Below are positions 7,689-16,992 of a stretch of 29,291 bases of DNA, one piece after another. A model generated the notes under the pieces. It saw nothing but the letters and a program-made list of their open reading frames with translations. It was not told where the DNA came from and did no database searches. Each line of letters starts with the position of its first letter. The first letter of the stretch is position 1. This stretch comes from Fidelibacterota bacterium (GTDB lineage Bacteria > Fidelibacterota > Marinisomatia > Marinisomatales > TCS55): contig JAPNQO010000080.1 of the NCBI GenBank assembly GCA_027251445.1, positions 1-29,291 of the forward strand, given 5' to 3'. Both the position numbers and the translations under genes were made by a program.

Positions 7689-10600
7689 CTAATAGCCCAT
7701 TATTTCCCGAACAATACTTATCATGTCCAGAAAATTAATGATTTCGTCTGCATTTACATCTGCAAGATAGGGGTTTAATCCTCCTGTATTACCTGATTGG
7801 ACAAAATCAACCAGGGTAAGCACATCTGTAATATTTAATAACCCATCCTGATTAATATCCCCACGCTGTAGTATATTAGCCCCTCTCGTAGTAAATAATA
7901 TAGCAGTAGAATCTTCAAGTGGCATAGCTGAAATAGGATAAGTATTATTGAATGTATATTCAAGGCCTATAGTTTCACTATGGTCTTCTAATCCTATAGT
8001 GCAATAATTTCCATGCACTTGACCCCAACCATAGTTACCAGTTGAAGTATTATTGAAATCTGCAAATTGCATTAATATTTCTCCATCACCTGTTGGAGTA
8101 AAATAATGTTGAGAATCCTTAAGAATCAGCTGAAAATTTTCTAAACTATTATTATCATACGTTCTCAAGTTTGACCATTGAATAACAAACTGATTATTTA
8201 ATTCATCGTACCACTTATAGACACGCCCACCACTTGTAGTCGTATTAAGATCGTCCCAAAATACAGCTATCATTGGCGATGGACCTCCTGGCCCAGGTAA
8301 AGGATAATTTCTAAATGATTTCATATCTGTAGAACCCATTGATACCCATCCATTACTAGAAACACTTATTTGATTATAGTCAATACCATAAAACTTGAAT
8401 GTAAAAGGAAGATTAACAGTGGTTACATCATCTTGATTATCCCCAAAATCACTTAATGCTAACTGTGTACCTGGCCCACCGTATAATGGATCAATTTCTA
8501 TCCAATTAAAATATGGTGCATTTGAATATAAGATATCACCATTGTCATATGCATAATATCCATAAGCATCAGGACCTAAAGGATCATCCATCTCTTTAAC
8601 GCCAATTTGTATTGGAATATTTGTACTTTGTACAGCTCCATCAGAAGATTCTAAATCAATGGTTAATTCAACTATGGTGCCTGGAATTACATCTTCAGCA
8701 GCAATTACTTCAAACTTATCAGTAGTGTTTATTGAATAATTATCTTGTAAAATGATAGGCCAAAATCCTTGATCATCTATAATTTCTAAACCAGCAAAAT
8801 TTGAATATAAACGACCACTTACATTGTTCGCCATTATTGAACCAATATTTGAAATCTCAATTGAAATTTGGGCTGTTTCACCAGGATCAAGGTGATCATT
8901 ACCAAAAACTGGGTCATCATGCACATATACTTTATCTGCAAATAATCTGGTTCCTGAAATAGAAAGATCTATTTGACTCCACCAAGCGATACCGTTGATA
9001 TCCTTTACTAACAATCGTAATGGAAAATTTTCATTTTCCAACAATCCTGATTCTATTTCAAAAACAAATGACTGCCCTTCATTTCCTGTCATTCCACTCA
9101 TTAGAGTTCCAACATATAAGCTATCAATACTATAATTGATAAATCCATTACCACCAATCAGTTTACAATAGACACCTTGTGCATCTTCTGTACCATAATT
9201 ATAGATAGGTATAGTTAACTCAATAGTCTCTCCACCATCAATCATACCATCAGAATTCCCTGTAGATAAACCGTCCATATCATCATCAATAGTAAATGCA
9301 CCTTCAATAGAATTTACATTTACACTTTGCTCGTTAATCTGAAACTGTCCTTGGTACGGGACAAAATTTCTTTTTATAACTGTTAAATCAACGCTTCCTG
9401 ATGAAGTAGAACCAATCGGTAATGTAACACGACCATTATTATCAGTATAACCAGATTCAAAGATAATATCATTTCCTTTTAAGATAGTAACGTAGGCTCC
9501 TTCAACCGGTTCATTAAAATAATCCTTCACTTCCACATCATAATAATTAGTTCCCAATGAAATCATATTATCATGGGAGACTGTAAATGACTGCGGAATA
9601 TCTGTCCACATTTGCAAAGCAGGGTCACCAATAAGATTATTCCAATGAGTGAAAATAGTAACCCAATTATTTGGATTATTTGGATAATTGAGATATAAAT
9701 TTAATTTACCTCTTGCTAAAGCAGCTCCAGCAGTTTCAATTTTATCAACAAAAACACCGTAATAAAAACCCATATCAACAGCATTATTAAACATCGTGTG
9801 TGTACCAAGTGTTGCAGTACCAACAGAGGCAACTGCACCTTTAGGCTGAGTCGGTGTACCGGCTCTTACAAATGTTTCTGATAAAGCGGTCCCAGAGGAA
9901 AAAGATCCAGTCCCACAAGTAATAACAGTGGCAATGGGTAGTTTAAATCCATTTGAAAGACTATTTATATTACCAGAATTAAAACCACTCACACCATAAT
10001 ATCCGCGATAATTGAAAAAAGTTAAACCTGCATTTAAATCTGATACCATCTGAGATGGAAATGGTGAATTATAAATTGTTCGCACATCGTCATATCCATG
10101 GTATTCCATTAGCTCTTTAATATTTTCACTTGTTATCACACACGATACACCCGATGTTGAAGCATCTCCTACAAGTGATGCACTATGGAACCAATTTTGA
10201 CTTAAATAAGGATTACTTTCATATTGAACAGTTTTATTGATTATAGTAGCAAGTTCAGTTGTTGAACTAAAAGATAACCTACCAATAATCACCTCAGGTA
10301 ATATATCATTTCCTACCAATTGAGAATATGGATGATCTCCTTCTCCATTATAACTACTTAAACTTTCAAAGTATGTTGGTATTGAATAGCTTCCATTGGC
10401 ATCACCAACTAATGCAACATATTCAGGGGGATCTTCCCATGAACTATACGCATTACTGATATAATTTTTTATCGAACTAGTGGAATTTCCAGTAGTACTT
10501 GTTGAAACGTAATTAACTACGTAACCTGAGCGATGGCGCCAATCAAATAACATTTCAAGGTTTGCCATTAAATTTGATGAATTACTTGGAAGAATATATA

Positions 10601-11291
10601 AAATAGATGGTTTTTGATAACTAGCATCATTTGTTGAGCGACTATAATTAACAACTAAAGCTTCATATAGTGGTTCAAAAACCCTTGAAATTCGATTTGG
10701 AACCTGTACAGGTTCAATATCTTCTACCTCTATCAATTCAATATCTGCTGATGTTATTACCTCAAGCCTTCTAGATAATGGATAATATTTGAATGGAGTA
10801 ATTGAAACTTTTATTACTGGTAAATCTCTGAAAACAAATGTTTGTGAAACTTCGCCTTGATTTTCTGGATACTTGATATCTGAAGTATATAATTCAACAT
10901 CTCTTTTGAAAGTTGAAATAGTCTCATCTGGTACGTGATCCCAGGTTTGGTGAGGTAAAATATCAATATTTTCAATCCATATAGAATTTTTATTATTTAT
11001 CCTTATATCATACGATTTATTAGTTGCTACTTGATAAAATGTTGTAATAGTTGGTAAAGAAGGTTCTCCTACTTGTGATTGTAATCCACCAAACGGAATA
11101 ATTGGTTTTTTAAATGTTTGTCCATCTATGGATACATCTATTATTTCATATTCATCTAAAGTAAAATGAATCTTATTATCTTCCACCCCATGTGAAAAAC
11201 CATTGGATAATTTTCTTATTTCATCCTGACCTAAGGATATACCTGAAATAAAAACTAGTATCAATAGTATTTTATTAATTTTTGTCATCAT
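7689..11291 (-). CDS. C25 (gingipain-family) peptidase-like secreted protein: propeptide, C25 domain, Ig-like domains, nidogen-like domain, C-terminal type I dockerin
   Basis: Signal peptide; propeptide (GEPSLP); C25 motifs YVALVGD, D..Y....G.D..PE..IGRLS, NYRG, TCGTGSF and NLIGDP; two DxGET..L.I.I.N.G repeats; LPFTFKFYG..Y....VSSNGW and IAVFWDDL; dockerin GDINQDGLLNITD...ADVNADEIINFLD. Confidence 0.85.
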   Translation of the reverse strand: MMTKINKILLILVFISGISLGQDEIRKLSNGFSHGVEDNKIHFTLDEYEIIDVSIDGQTFKKPIIPFGGLQSQVGEPSLPTITTFYQVATNKSYDIRINNKNSIWIENIDILPHQTWDHVPDETISTFKRDVELYTSDIKYPENQGEVSQTFVFRDLPVIKVSITPFKYYPLSRRLEVITSADIELIEVEDIEPVQVPNRISRVFEPLYEALVVNYSRSTNDASYQKPSILYILPSNSSNLMANLEMLFDWRHRSGYVVNYVSTSTTGNSTSSIKNYISNAYSSWEDPPEYVALVGDANGSYSIPTYFESLSSYNGEGDHPYSQLVGNDILPEVIIGRLSFSSTTELATIINKTVQYESNPYLSQNWFHSASLVGDASTSGVSCVITSENIKELMEYHGYDDVRTIYNSPFPSQMVSDLNAGLTFFNYRGYYGVSGFNSGNINSLSNGFKLPIATVITCGTGSFSSGTALSETFVRAGTPTQPKGAVASVGTATLGTHTMFNNAVDMGFYYGVFVDKIETAGAALARGKLNLYLNYPNNPNNWVTIFTHWNNLIGDPALQMWTDIPQSFTVSHDNMISLGTNYYDVEVKDYFNEPVEGAYVTILKGNDIIFESGYTDNNGRVTLPIGSTSSGSVDLTVIKRNFVPYQGQFQINEQSVNVNSIEGAFTIDDDMDGLSTGNSDGMIDGGETIELTIPIYNYGTEDAQGVYCKLIGGNGFINYSIDSLYVGTLMSGMTGNEGQSFVFEIESGLLENENFPLRLLVKDINGIAWWSQIDLSISGTRLFADKVYVHDDPVFGNDHLDPGETAQISIEISNIGSIMANNVSGRLYSNFAGLEIIDDQGFWPIILQDNYSINTTDKFEVIAAEDVIPGTIVELTIDLESSDGAVQSTNIPIQIGVKEMDDPLGPDAYGYYAYDNGDILYSNAPYFNWIEIDPLYGGPGTQLALSDFGDNQDDVTTVNLPFTFKFYGIDYNQISVSSNGWVSMGSTDMKSFRNYPLPGPGGPSPMIAVFWDDLNTTTSGGRVYKWYDELNNQFVIQWSNLRTYDNNSLENFQLILKDSQHYFTPTGDGEILMQFADFNNTSTGNYGWGQVHGNYCTIGLEDHSETIGLEYTFNNTYPISAMPLEDSTAILFTTRGANILQRGDINQDGLLNITDVLTLVDFVQSGNTGGLNPYLADVNADEIINFLDMISIVREIMGY

Positions 11292-11306
11292 AAGCTTATA
11301 ATCATG

Positions 11307-12065
11307 CTATACCATTATTAAATGATCAATTAATGTAGTGGAATAATTGCTAACAATAAAAATACTAATTGCACTAAATGATAGGTATGGGGCAAATGGC
11401 AAAGGTCGATTTCTATCGACACCCTGAAAAAGTGAAATTATTATCCATGCTATTAAACCTAATAATGAAGCTAGAAATAGAGTTAAGATCATTAAAATCG
11501 GACCCAACCAAGCACCAAGAATTAATCCTAATTGTAAGTCACCGAACCCCATGCCTTGTCTTCTAGTAAAAAGCCAAGTCAAGCCCATCATTAAAGCTGG
11601 AAATAAAACTCCAGCAAGAATGCCTAACAAAGCTTGATATAAAGACAATACCCCAAAAATTATAGATAGAATAATTATAATTACGCCTACTATTATAAGG
11701 TCTAATGGAATCATATATATTTTTGCATCAATCCATGAGATTGAAATTAGCACAGAACTAATAAGTGAAGCCGTTATTGCTTCTGGAAGCGGTAAATTTG
11801 TAAATGCCCACCCCCAAATTAATCCATTAATTAATTCTACAAATAAATATTGAATAGATATATTATTTTTACAATTTGCACATTTCCCTAGTTGAATAAT
11901 ATATGAAATGATAGGGATATTTCTGTAAAACGGAATAGATACTTTACACTTAGGACAATGCGACCTTGGTTTTACTACAGACTCTTCGCGAGGAAGACGA
12001 TAAATTACTACATTAAAAAAACTTCCAATAAAAGCACCGATTACAAAGAAAATATAAAAATCCAT
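11307..12065 (-). CDS. pilD: Prepilin peptidase/N-methyltransferase
   Basis: GSFFNVVIYRLP, SHCPKC and GKCANC zinc motifs, catalytic Asp in WIDA and GMGFGD, and LPFAPYL. Confidence 0.96.
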   Translation of the reverse strand: MDFYIFFVIGAFIGSFFNVVIYRLPREESVVKPRSHCPKCKVSIPFYRNIPIISYIIQLGKCANCKNNISIQYLFVELINGLIWGWAFTNLPLPEAITASLISSVLISISWIDAKIYMIPLDLIIVGVIIIILSIIFGVLSLYQALLGILAGVLFPALMMGLTWLFTRRQGMGFGDLQLGLILGAWLGPILMILTLFLASLLGLIAWIIISLFQGVDRNRPLPFAPYLSFSAISIFIVSNYSTTLIDHLIMV

Positions 12066-13312
12066 TATAAACCTGACTGCAAAGCTGCGCCCAAATAAAA
12101 GACAGGTAAATATGTTATTACAACCATAACTGCAATTATAACTCCTACCATTAGAATTAAAATTGGCTCAATTAAAGTTGTCATCCTTTCAACCAATGCA
12201 TTAACCTGCTTATAATAGTATTCTGCAGTTCTATCTAGAAGAGAATCTAATTCACCTGTTTCTTCTCCTGTCGCGGTCAATTGCAGTAGTATGGGAGGAA
12301 AAATTTCTGTTCTACGTAATGCAGAAGTGATATTAAAACCATCACGTATATATTCTGTCGCATCCCCAATAGCAACCTCATACACCCGGTTGCTCACTAT
12401 TTTACCAATTAAATTCATTGATTCAATTACAGGAACACCTGCATTTAATAAAATACCAGCAGTCTTTGAAAATTTATTTAGTATAGATTGATTTAATAAT
12501 GATCCAAATACAGGAACCTTTAATTTTATGGAATCTAAAATATATCCGCCCCTCTGTGTCTTTGAGACAAGCCACAAACTTCCAATGAAGCCAAATAATG
12601 AAAAAACTATTGAATTAAAATTGATGCTTATCCATTCACTTAGCAATACAAGTCTTCTTGTTGCTTCAGGCAAATTAGCGCCTAATTGAACATATACATC
12701 AGAAAACATTGGAATAATCCACATGAACATTGCACTCATCATTGCAAAAAGAAAAAGAACCATAAAAATAGGATAAGTCATAGCTGATCGAACTTTTCTT
12801 CGTACATCATCTAAGTTTTCTAAATATGTTGCTAATTCATCCAAAATTTCATCGAGGTTTCCACTAACTTCACCAGCTTTAGTTAATGAAACAAATAATG
12901 TGGAAAAGACACCAGGATGCCTCTGTAATGCTTCGGATAATGACAATCCTTTACGAATATTTTCACCAACATTTGTTAACACTTTCTTAAGCTTAGGGTG
13001 ACGCTCCTCACTTGCCAATCCTTGTATTGCACGTTCAAGAGTAAGACCAGCTGAGTACATAGTAGCTAACTGTCTAGTAAAAAAAACTAAGTTACTTAAT
13101 GGAATTCTATTTTTAAAACGCTCAATAGATAAATTAATTTCATCTATGAATGGACCTATGAAATCCCAGGTAGTATCTATCTCTTCTAACTTTACAATAA
13201 TCTGATTTTCAGAAGATAACTTCTGCATAGCAGTATCAAGATTATCAGCTTTTATCTGCCCTTCACTTCTGCCGCCTGATTCGTCTTTAATTAAATAAGT
13301 GTACGCAGGCAT
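12065..13312 (-). CDS. pilC: Type IV pilus inner-membrane platform protein (GspF family)
   Basis: FTRQLATM..AGL, GEVSGNLD, AMTYP, GEETGELD and IEPILI. Two T2SSF repeats with TM helices. Confidence 0.95.
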   Translation of the reverse strand: MPAYTYLIKDESGGRSEGQIKADNLDTAMQKLSSENQIIVKLEEIDTTWDFIGPFIDEINLSIERFKNRIPLSNLVFFTRQLATMYSAGLTLERAIQGLASEERHPKLKKVLTNVGENIRKGLSLSEALQRHPGVFSTLFVSLTKAGEVSGNLDEILDELATYLENLDDVRRKVRSAMTYPIFMVLFLFAMMSAMFMWIIPMFSDVYVQLGANLPEATRRLVLLSEWISINFNSIVFSLFGFIGSLWLVSKTQRGGYILDSIKLKVPVFGSLLNQSILNKFSKTAGILLNAGVPVIESMNLIGKIVSNRVYEVAIGDATEYIRDGFNITSALRRTEIFPPILLQLTATGEETGELDSLLDRTAEYYYKQVNALVERMTTLIEPILILMVGVIIAVMVVITYLPVFYLGAALQSGL

Positions 13313-15036
13313 TAAAAATCCTCAACAGTTGAGCGCAATACTTCAGCTATAGTAGTTGAACCTTGTAAAACTTTATCAATGCCGCTCTCTCTAAGTGTAA
13401 TCATTCCTTCTTCTAATGCTTTTTGACGTATGATATCCTCATTAGAATTATCGAAAATCAACCCTCTTATTTCCCTTGACATAGGAATAAGTTCAAATAT
13501 TCCTGTTCGGCCATGGTATCCTGTATTACGGCAGTGACTACATCCCTTACCTTGAAATAATTTCTTACCTTTCAATCTAGACTCTTCAAGATTTATTCTA
13601 TTCAACTCTTCTTTTGTAGGAGTATACTCTTCCTTACAATTATCACATATAGTTCTAACTAATCTTTGAGCCATTACCAGATTCAAACATGATCCAACTA
13701 GGAAAGGTTTTATACCAATATCCAATAATCTTGTTACCGTAGATGCTGCATCATTGGCATGAACTGTAGAAAAAACAAGATGACCAGTCAATGAAAACTT
13801 TACAGCAATATCTGCCGTTTCTTCATCTCTAATCTCACCAATTAATAATATATCCGGGTCTTGTCGTAATATTGATCTAAGTGAAGAACCAAATGATAGA
13901 CCTATAGTATCATGAACCTGCACTTGATTGATTCCTTCAAGTTTGTATTCAACAGGGTCTTCAACAGTAGTAATATTTGTCGATTCATTTTTTATTTCTT
14001 TTAGTGAAGCATATAAAGAAGTTGATTTTCCAGATCCTGTTGGACCTGACACTACTACCATACCATATGGCTGTGAAATAACTCTTCGAAAAATAGAATG
14101 CATTTTTTCTTCAAAACCTAAACTTTTAAGATTAAAACCAAATCCAGATTTATCAAGTAACCGAAGAACTGTTTTTTCTCCATAAACGGTAGGGAGAATG
14201 GAAACACGAACATCTATCTCTCTATTGGATGCTTTAATTGTAAACCTGCCATCTTGAGGAAGTCTTCGTTCTGCTATATTTAAATTTGATAAAATCTTAA
14301 TTCTAGTGACTAAGCCACTTAAGGATGAACTAGGAGGTGTCATAATTGTCTGCAAAACACCATCAATTCTTATACGTACTATTACTATATCCTGTTGAGG
14401 TTCAAGATGAATATCAGTTGCCCTTTCTTTGATAGCCTCCTGTAAGATTAAGTTCACAAGCTTAACAATAGGTGCATCTTCTGTTGAAACCTTATCTGGA
14501 GAAAGATCAACTTCTTCCTGATTATCATCATCTCCAGATATTACTTTTATATTTTCAACTGCTTCTTCTACCTCGCCTGCTTGACGAATTTTTCCATAGA
14601 TTTGATCTAAAGCACGATTCAATGCTGTAGGTCCAGCTACAAGAACCTCAGGATTTAAGTTGGTCAAGCGCTTTAAAGAATCAATTGCTACCAAGTCTTC
14701 TGGATCTTCCATTGCAACTGCAATAGAATTTGCAGATTTTCGTAGAGCCATAATCATATTTTGCCGTGCAAAATCCTCTGGTATAGACTCTACAACACTT
14801 GGATCAGCAGAAAATAATTCTTCATCGGATGCTAAATCATATCCTAGTTGCATAGAATACACTTTAACAAGATCATCTTCAGTAATTATTCCTTGGTCAA
14901 GTAATACTATTCCTAATTTTTCTTTACGAACTTTTTGTTCAGCAAGAGCAGCATTTAACTGACTCTCACTTATTTTACCTTCGTGGACTAAAATGTCCCC
15001 GATCTTTTGAAATTGCGGATTGAACTCTTGTGTCAT
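13312..15036 (-). CDS. pilB: Type IV pilus assembly ATPase with N-terminal MshEN domain
   Basis: Walker A GPTGSGKST, TVEDPVE, LRQDPD..LIGEIRD, TGHLVFSTVH, CDNC/CSHC tetracysteine and ERRLPQDGR. Confidence 0.96.
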   Translation of the reverse strand: MTQEFNPQFQKIGDILVHEGKISESQLNAALAEQKVRKEKLGIVLLDQGIITEDDLVKVYSMQLGYDLASDEELFSADPSVVESIPEDFARQNMIMALRKSANSIAVAMEDPEDLVAIDSLKRLTNLNPEVLVAGPTALNRALDQIYGKIRQAGEVEEAVENIKVISGDDDNQEEVDLSPDKVSTEDAPIVKLVNLILQEAIKERATDIHLEPQQDIVIVRIRIDGVLQTIMTPPSSSLSGLVTRIKILSNLNIAERRLPQDGRFTIKASNREIDVRVSILPTVYGEKTVLRLLDKSGFGFNLKSLGFEEKMHSIFRRVISQPYGMVVVSGPTGSGKSTSLYASLKEIKNESTNITTVEDPVEYKLEGINQVQVHDTIGLSFGSSLRSILRQDPDILLIGEIRDEETADIAVKFSLTGHLVFSTVHANDAASTVTRLLDIGIKPFLVGSCLNLVMAQRLVRTICDNCKEEYTPTKEELNRINLEESRLKGKKLFQGKGCSHCRNTGYHGRTGIFELIPMSREIRGLIFDNSNEDIIRQKALEEGMITLRESGIDKVLQGSTTIAEVLRSTVEDF

Positions 15037-15039
15037 GAT

Positions 15040-16992
15040 TTAGGGTCCTTGATATGTTCTAACAAATAATATCTCTAATGGGTCACTTGTAATTTGAGTT
15101 GGGATTAGTAAAAAGGCTGTAACGCTTGATGTAAAATCTTCATAAACTTGTGGATCTGAGTTTGGTATAGGAGCACAAATACCCTGATCATATTCTATAA
15201 GAAATGTTATTTGTCCATCAGAATTTGTAACTCCTTCATTTGCAACTACTGGCGCTACAGGCCAATAAATACTTGCCGCACCAGTTGCAGTAATCATTAT
15301 AGGAGCTTCAGCAACAGCATTTCCGTAATAATCAATTAAAGTCCCAGTAACTTCAATTTGAGCAGTTGCCCCCATTGTAGAAAAATCCCAATATTGTGTT
15401 GGTGACCCAAGAGTTAATTGACCTGGAACAAAAAACATAATTGCTTCACCTTCATCTTCATTGATTCTTTGCATAATTGTATCACCATTTGTTCCAAAAG
15501 TAAGAGCTGAAACTTGACCTAAACTTCCTATTGCATCCGTGGAATAGGTTATGGTTGTGTAAGCGACACCAGGAAAATTATCACCATTCAAATTTTCGTT
15601 ACCTGTAAAACTAACACCTTCTACAAAGGCATCAATTAATGTATCAGGAAATTGTGGCTCCATGGACCAATAGACATATGTACTATCTGAAACGGGGTTA
15701 TACCAACGGTCATAAACAATAGCTGCGGCTTCTGTCTGATAAAAGCCTCCTCCAATAGGCTGACTTTCCTGGGGGTTATAGTCTGGTTCAATAAAATAAG
15801 GGGGTCCCGTTGCGATAATAACAGGAGTAGAAGTTGCGCTAATTACTTCACCAGAATCAGTAACTACCGAAGCAGTAACTCTTACAGGACCAGGCCCTGT
15901 ACCACTATTTATTGATACACAGGCTGACCCATTAGCAGTAAACGCAGAATCAATAATGCCTGCATTACTTAAGTTAGCGCCAGATGGGATATTTGGTCCA
16001 AGTGTAAATGTGACATTTACCGGTTCATTTACTAGAACTCCATTCTCATCAAATACTCTTGCACATATCTGGGTTGACTCCAAGCCACCACCTCCGAGCA
16101 CCATAAGTTCGCCAGGGTTTGAAGAAGGAATCTCTACATATGCAGGAGTGCCTGAATAGGTTGTATCTAATATGGTAATCTGAACGGAGTCAATAATTGT
16201 ACCAAATGCTGGGTGCTGATAGCGGGCTATTATTGTAGACACACCTGCTTCATTAGGATCACCAGTATCTTCAAAGTTAACTAAAGCAATACCTAAAGTG
16301 TCAGTATACTTACTCAATTCACTTAAACGTCCATTCGTGCTCTCAAAGTATATTTCAAGATCTTTTATTGCTTGTCCATATTGTCTGGAAGATATTTTTG
16401 CAGATAAATCTGCACTTGTTACCCCATCATCAACCTTTATAGAACTTGTATTTGAACTTAGATTAAATTGATAGGGCCATAGTTGAACTGCTGTAGTGTC
16501 AAATACATTAAATCGAATGGAAGCAGGAAAACTCTGGCTATCGACAACATGCTTAGCATCTATGGTTACGCCTTCATATGTTGGAGTAGCAGCATTATCA
16601 TAGGCAGATTGATCTTCATCAAGGAAACTAACCGTTGCTAGACCATCTGCATTTGTATATGTAGAACTAATATTAAATTTTCCAAAACTTTCTCCACCAA
16701 CGTTTGCAGAAAACTCTATTAATTTATTAGGTAATATATTTCCAGTCGAATCTTTTAAAATAACGTCTATTCTTGTCTTTACAAAGTCCCCTACAATATC
16801 CTCACCCACGATAACATCATTTCCTCCAATATCCGTTGCATATGGTTGAGCTGTAATTTCTAATGAATAATTTGAACTTGCAGTAGCAGTTGAATCTGAT
16901 TTTGTTGGTGTACGACTATCACAACTAAAAATAAATAATATAAAACAAATGGATAAAAATAATTTTTTATTACATAAGAGATTATTTATCAT
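15040..16992 (-). CDS. Lipoprotein with multiple bacterial Ig-like (Big_1/invasin-type) domains
   Basis: Start moved to 16992 (AAGGAG 6 nt upstream; 16998 is an alternative). Lipobox FIFS-C and S/T-rich tether. Repeats such as LKDSTGNILPNKLIEFS...TNADGLATV, VFDENGVLV..PVNVTF and LIDYYGNAVAEAPI...TNSDGQITF. Confidence 0.75.
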   Translation of the reverse strand: MINNLLCNKKLFLSICFILFIFSCDSRTPTKSDSTATASSNYSLEITAQPYATDIGGNDVIVGEDIVGDFVKTRIDVILKDSTGNILPNKLIEFSANVGGESFGKFNISSTYTNADGLATVSFLDEDQSAYDNAATPTYEGVTIDAKHVVDSQSFPASIRFNVFDTTAVQLWPYQFNLSSNTSSIKVDDGVTSADLSAKISSRQYGQAIKDLEIYFESTNGRLSELSKYTDTLGIALVNFEDTGDPNEAGVSTIIARYQHPAFGTIIDSVQITILDTTYSGTPAYVEIPSSNPGELMVLGGGGLESTQICARVFDENGVLVNEPVNVTFTLGPNIPSGANLSNAGIIDSAFTANGSACVSINSGTGPGPVRVTASVVTDSGEVISATSTPVIIATGPPYFIEPDYNPQESQPIGGGFYQTEAAAIVYDRWYNPVSDSTYVYWSMEPQFPDTLIDAFVEGVSFTGNENLNGDNFPGVAYTTITYSTDAIGSLGQVSALTFGTNGDTIMQRINEDEGEAIMFFVPGQLTLGSPTQYWDFSTMGATAQIEVTGTLIDYYGNAVAEAPIMITATGAASIYWPVAPVVANEGVTNSDGQITFLIEYDQGICAPIPNSDPQVYEDFTSSVTAFLLIPTQITSDPLEILFVRTYQGP

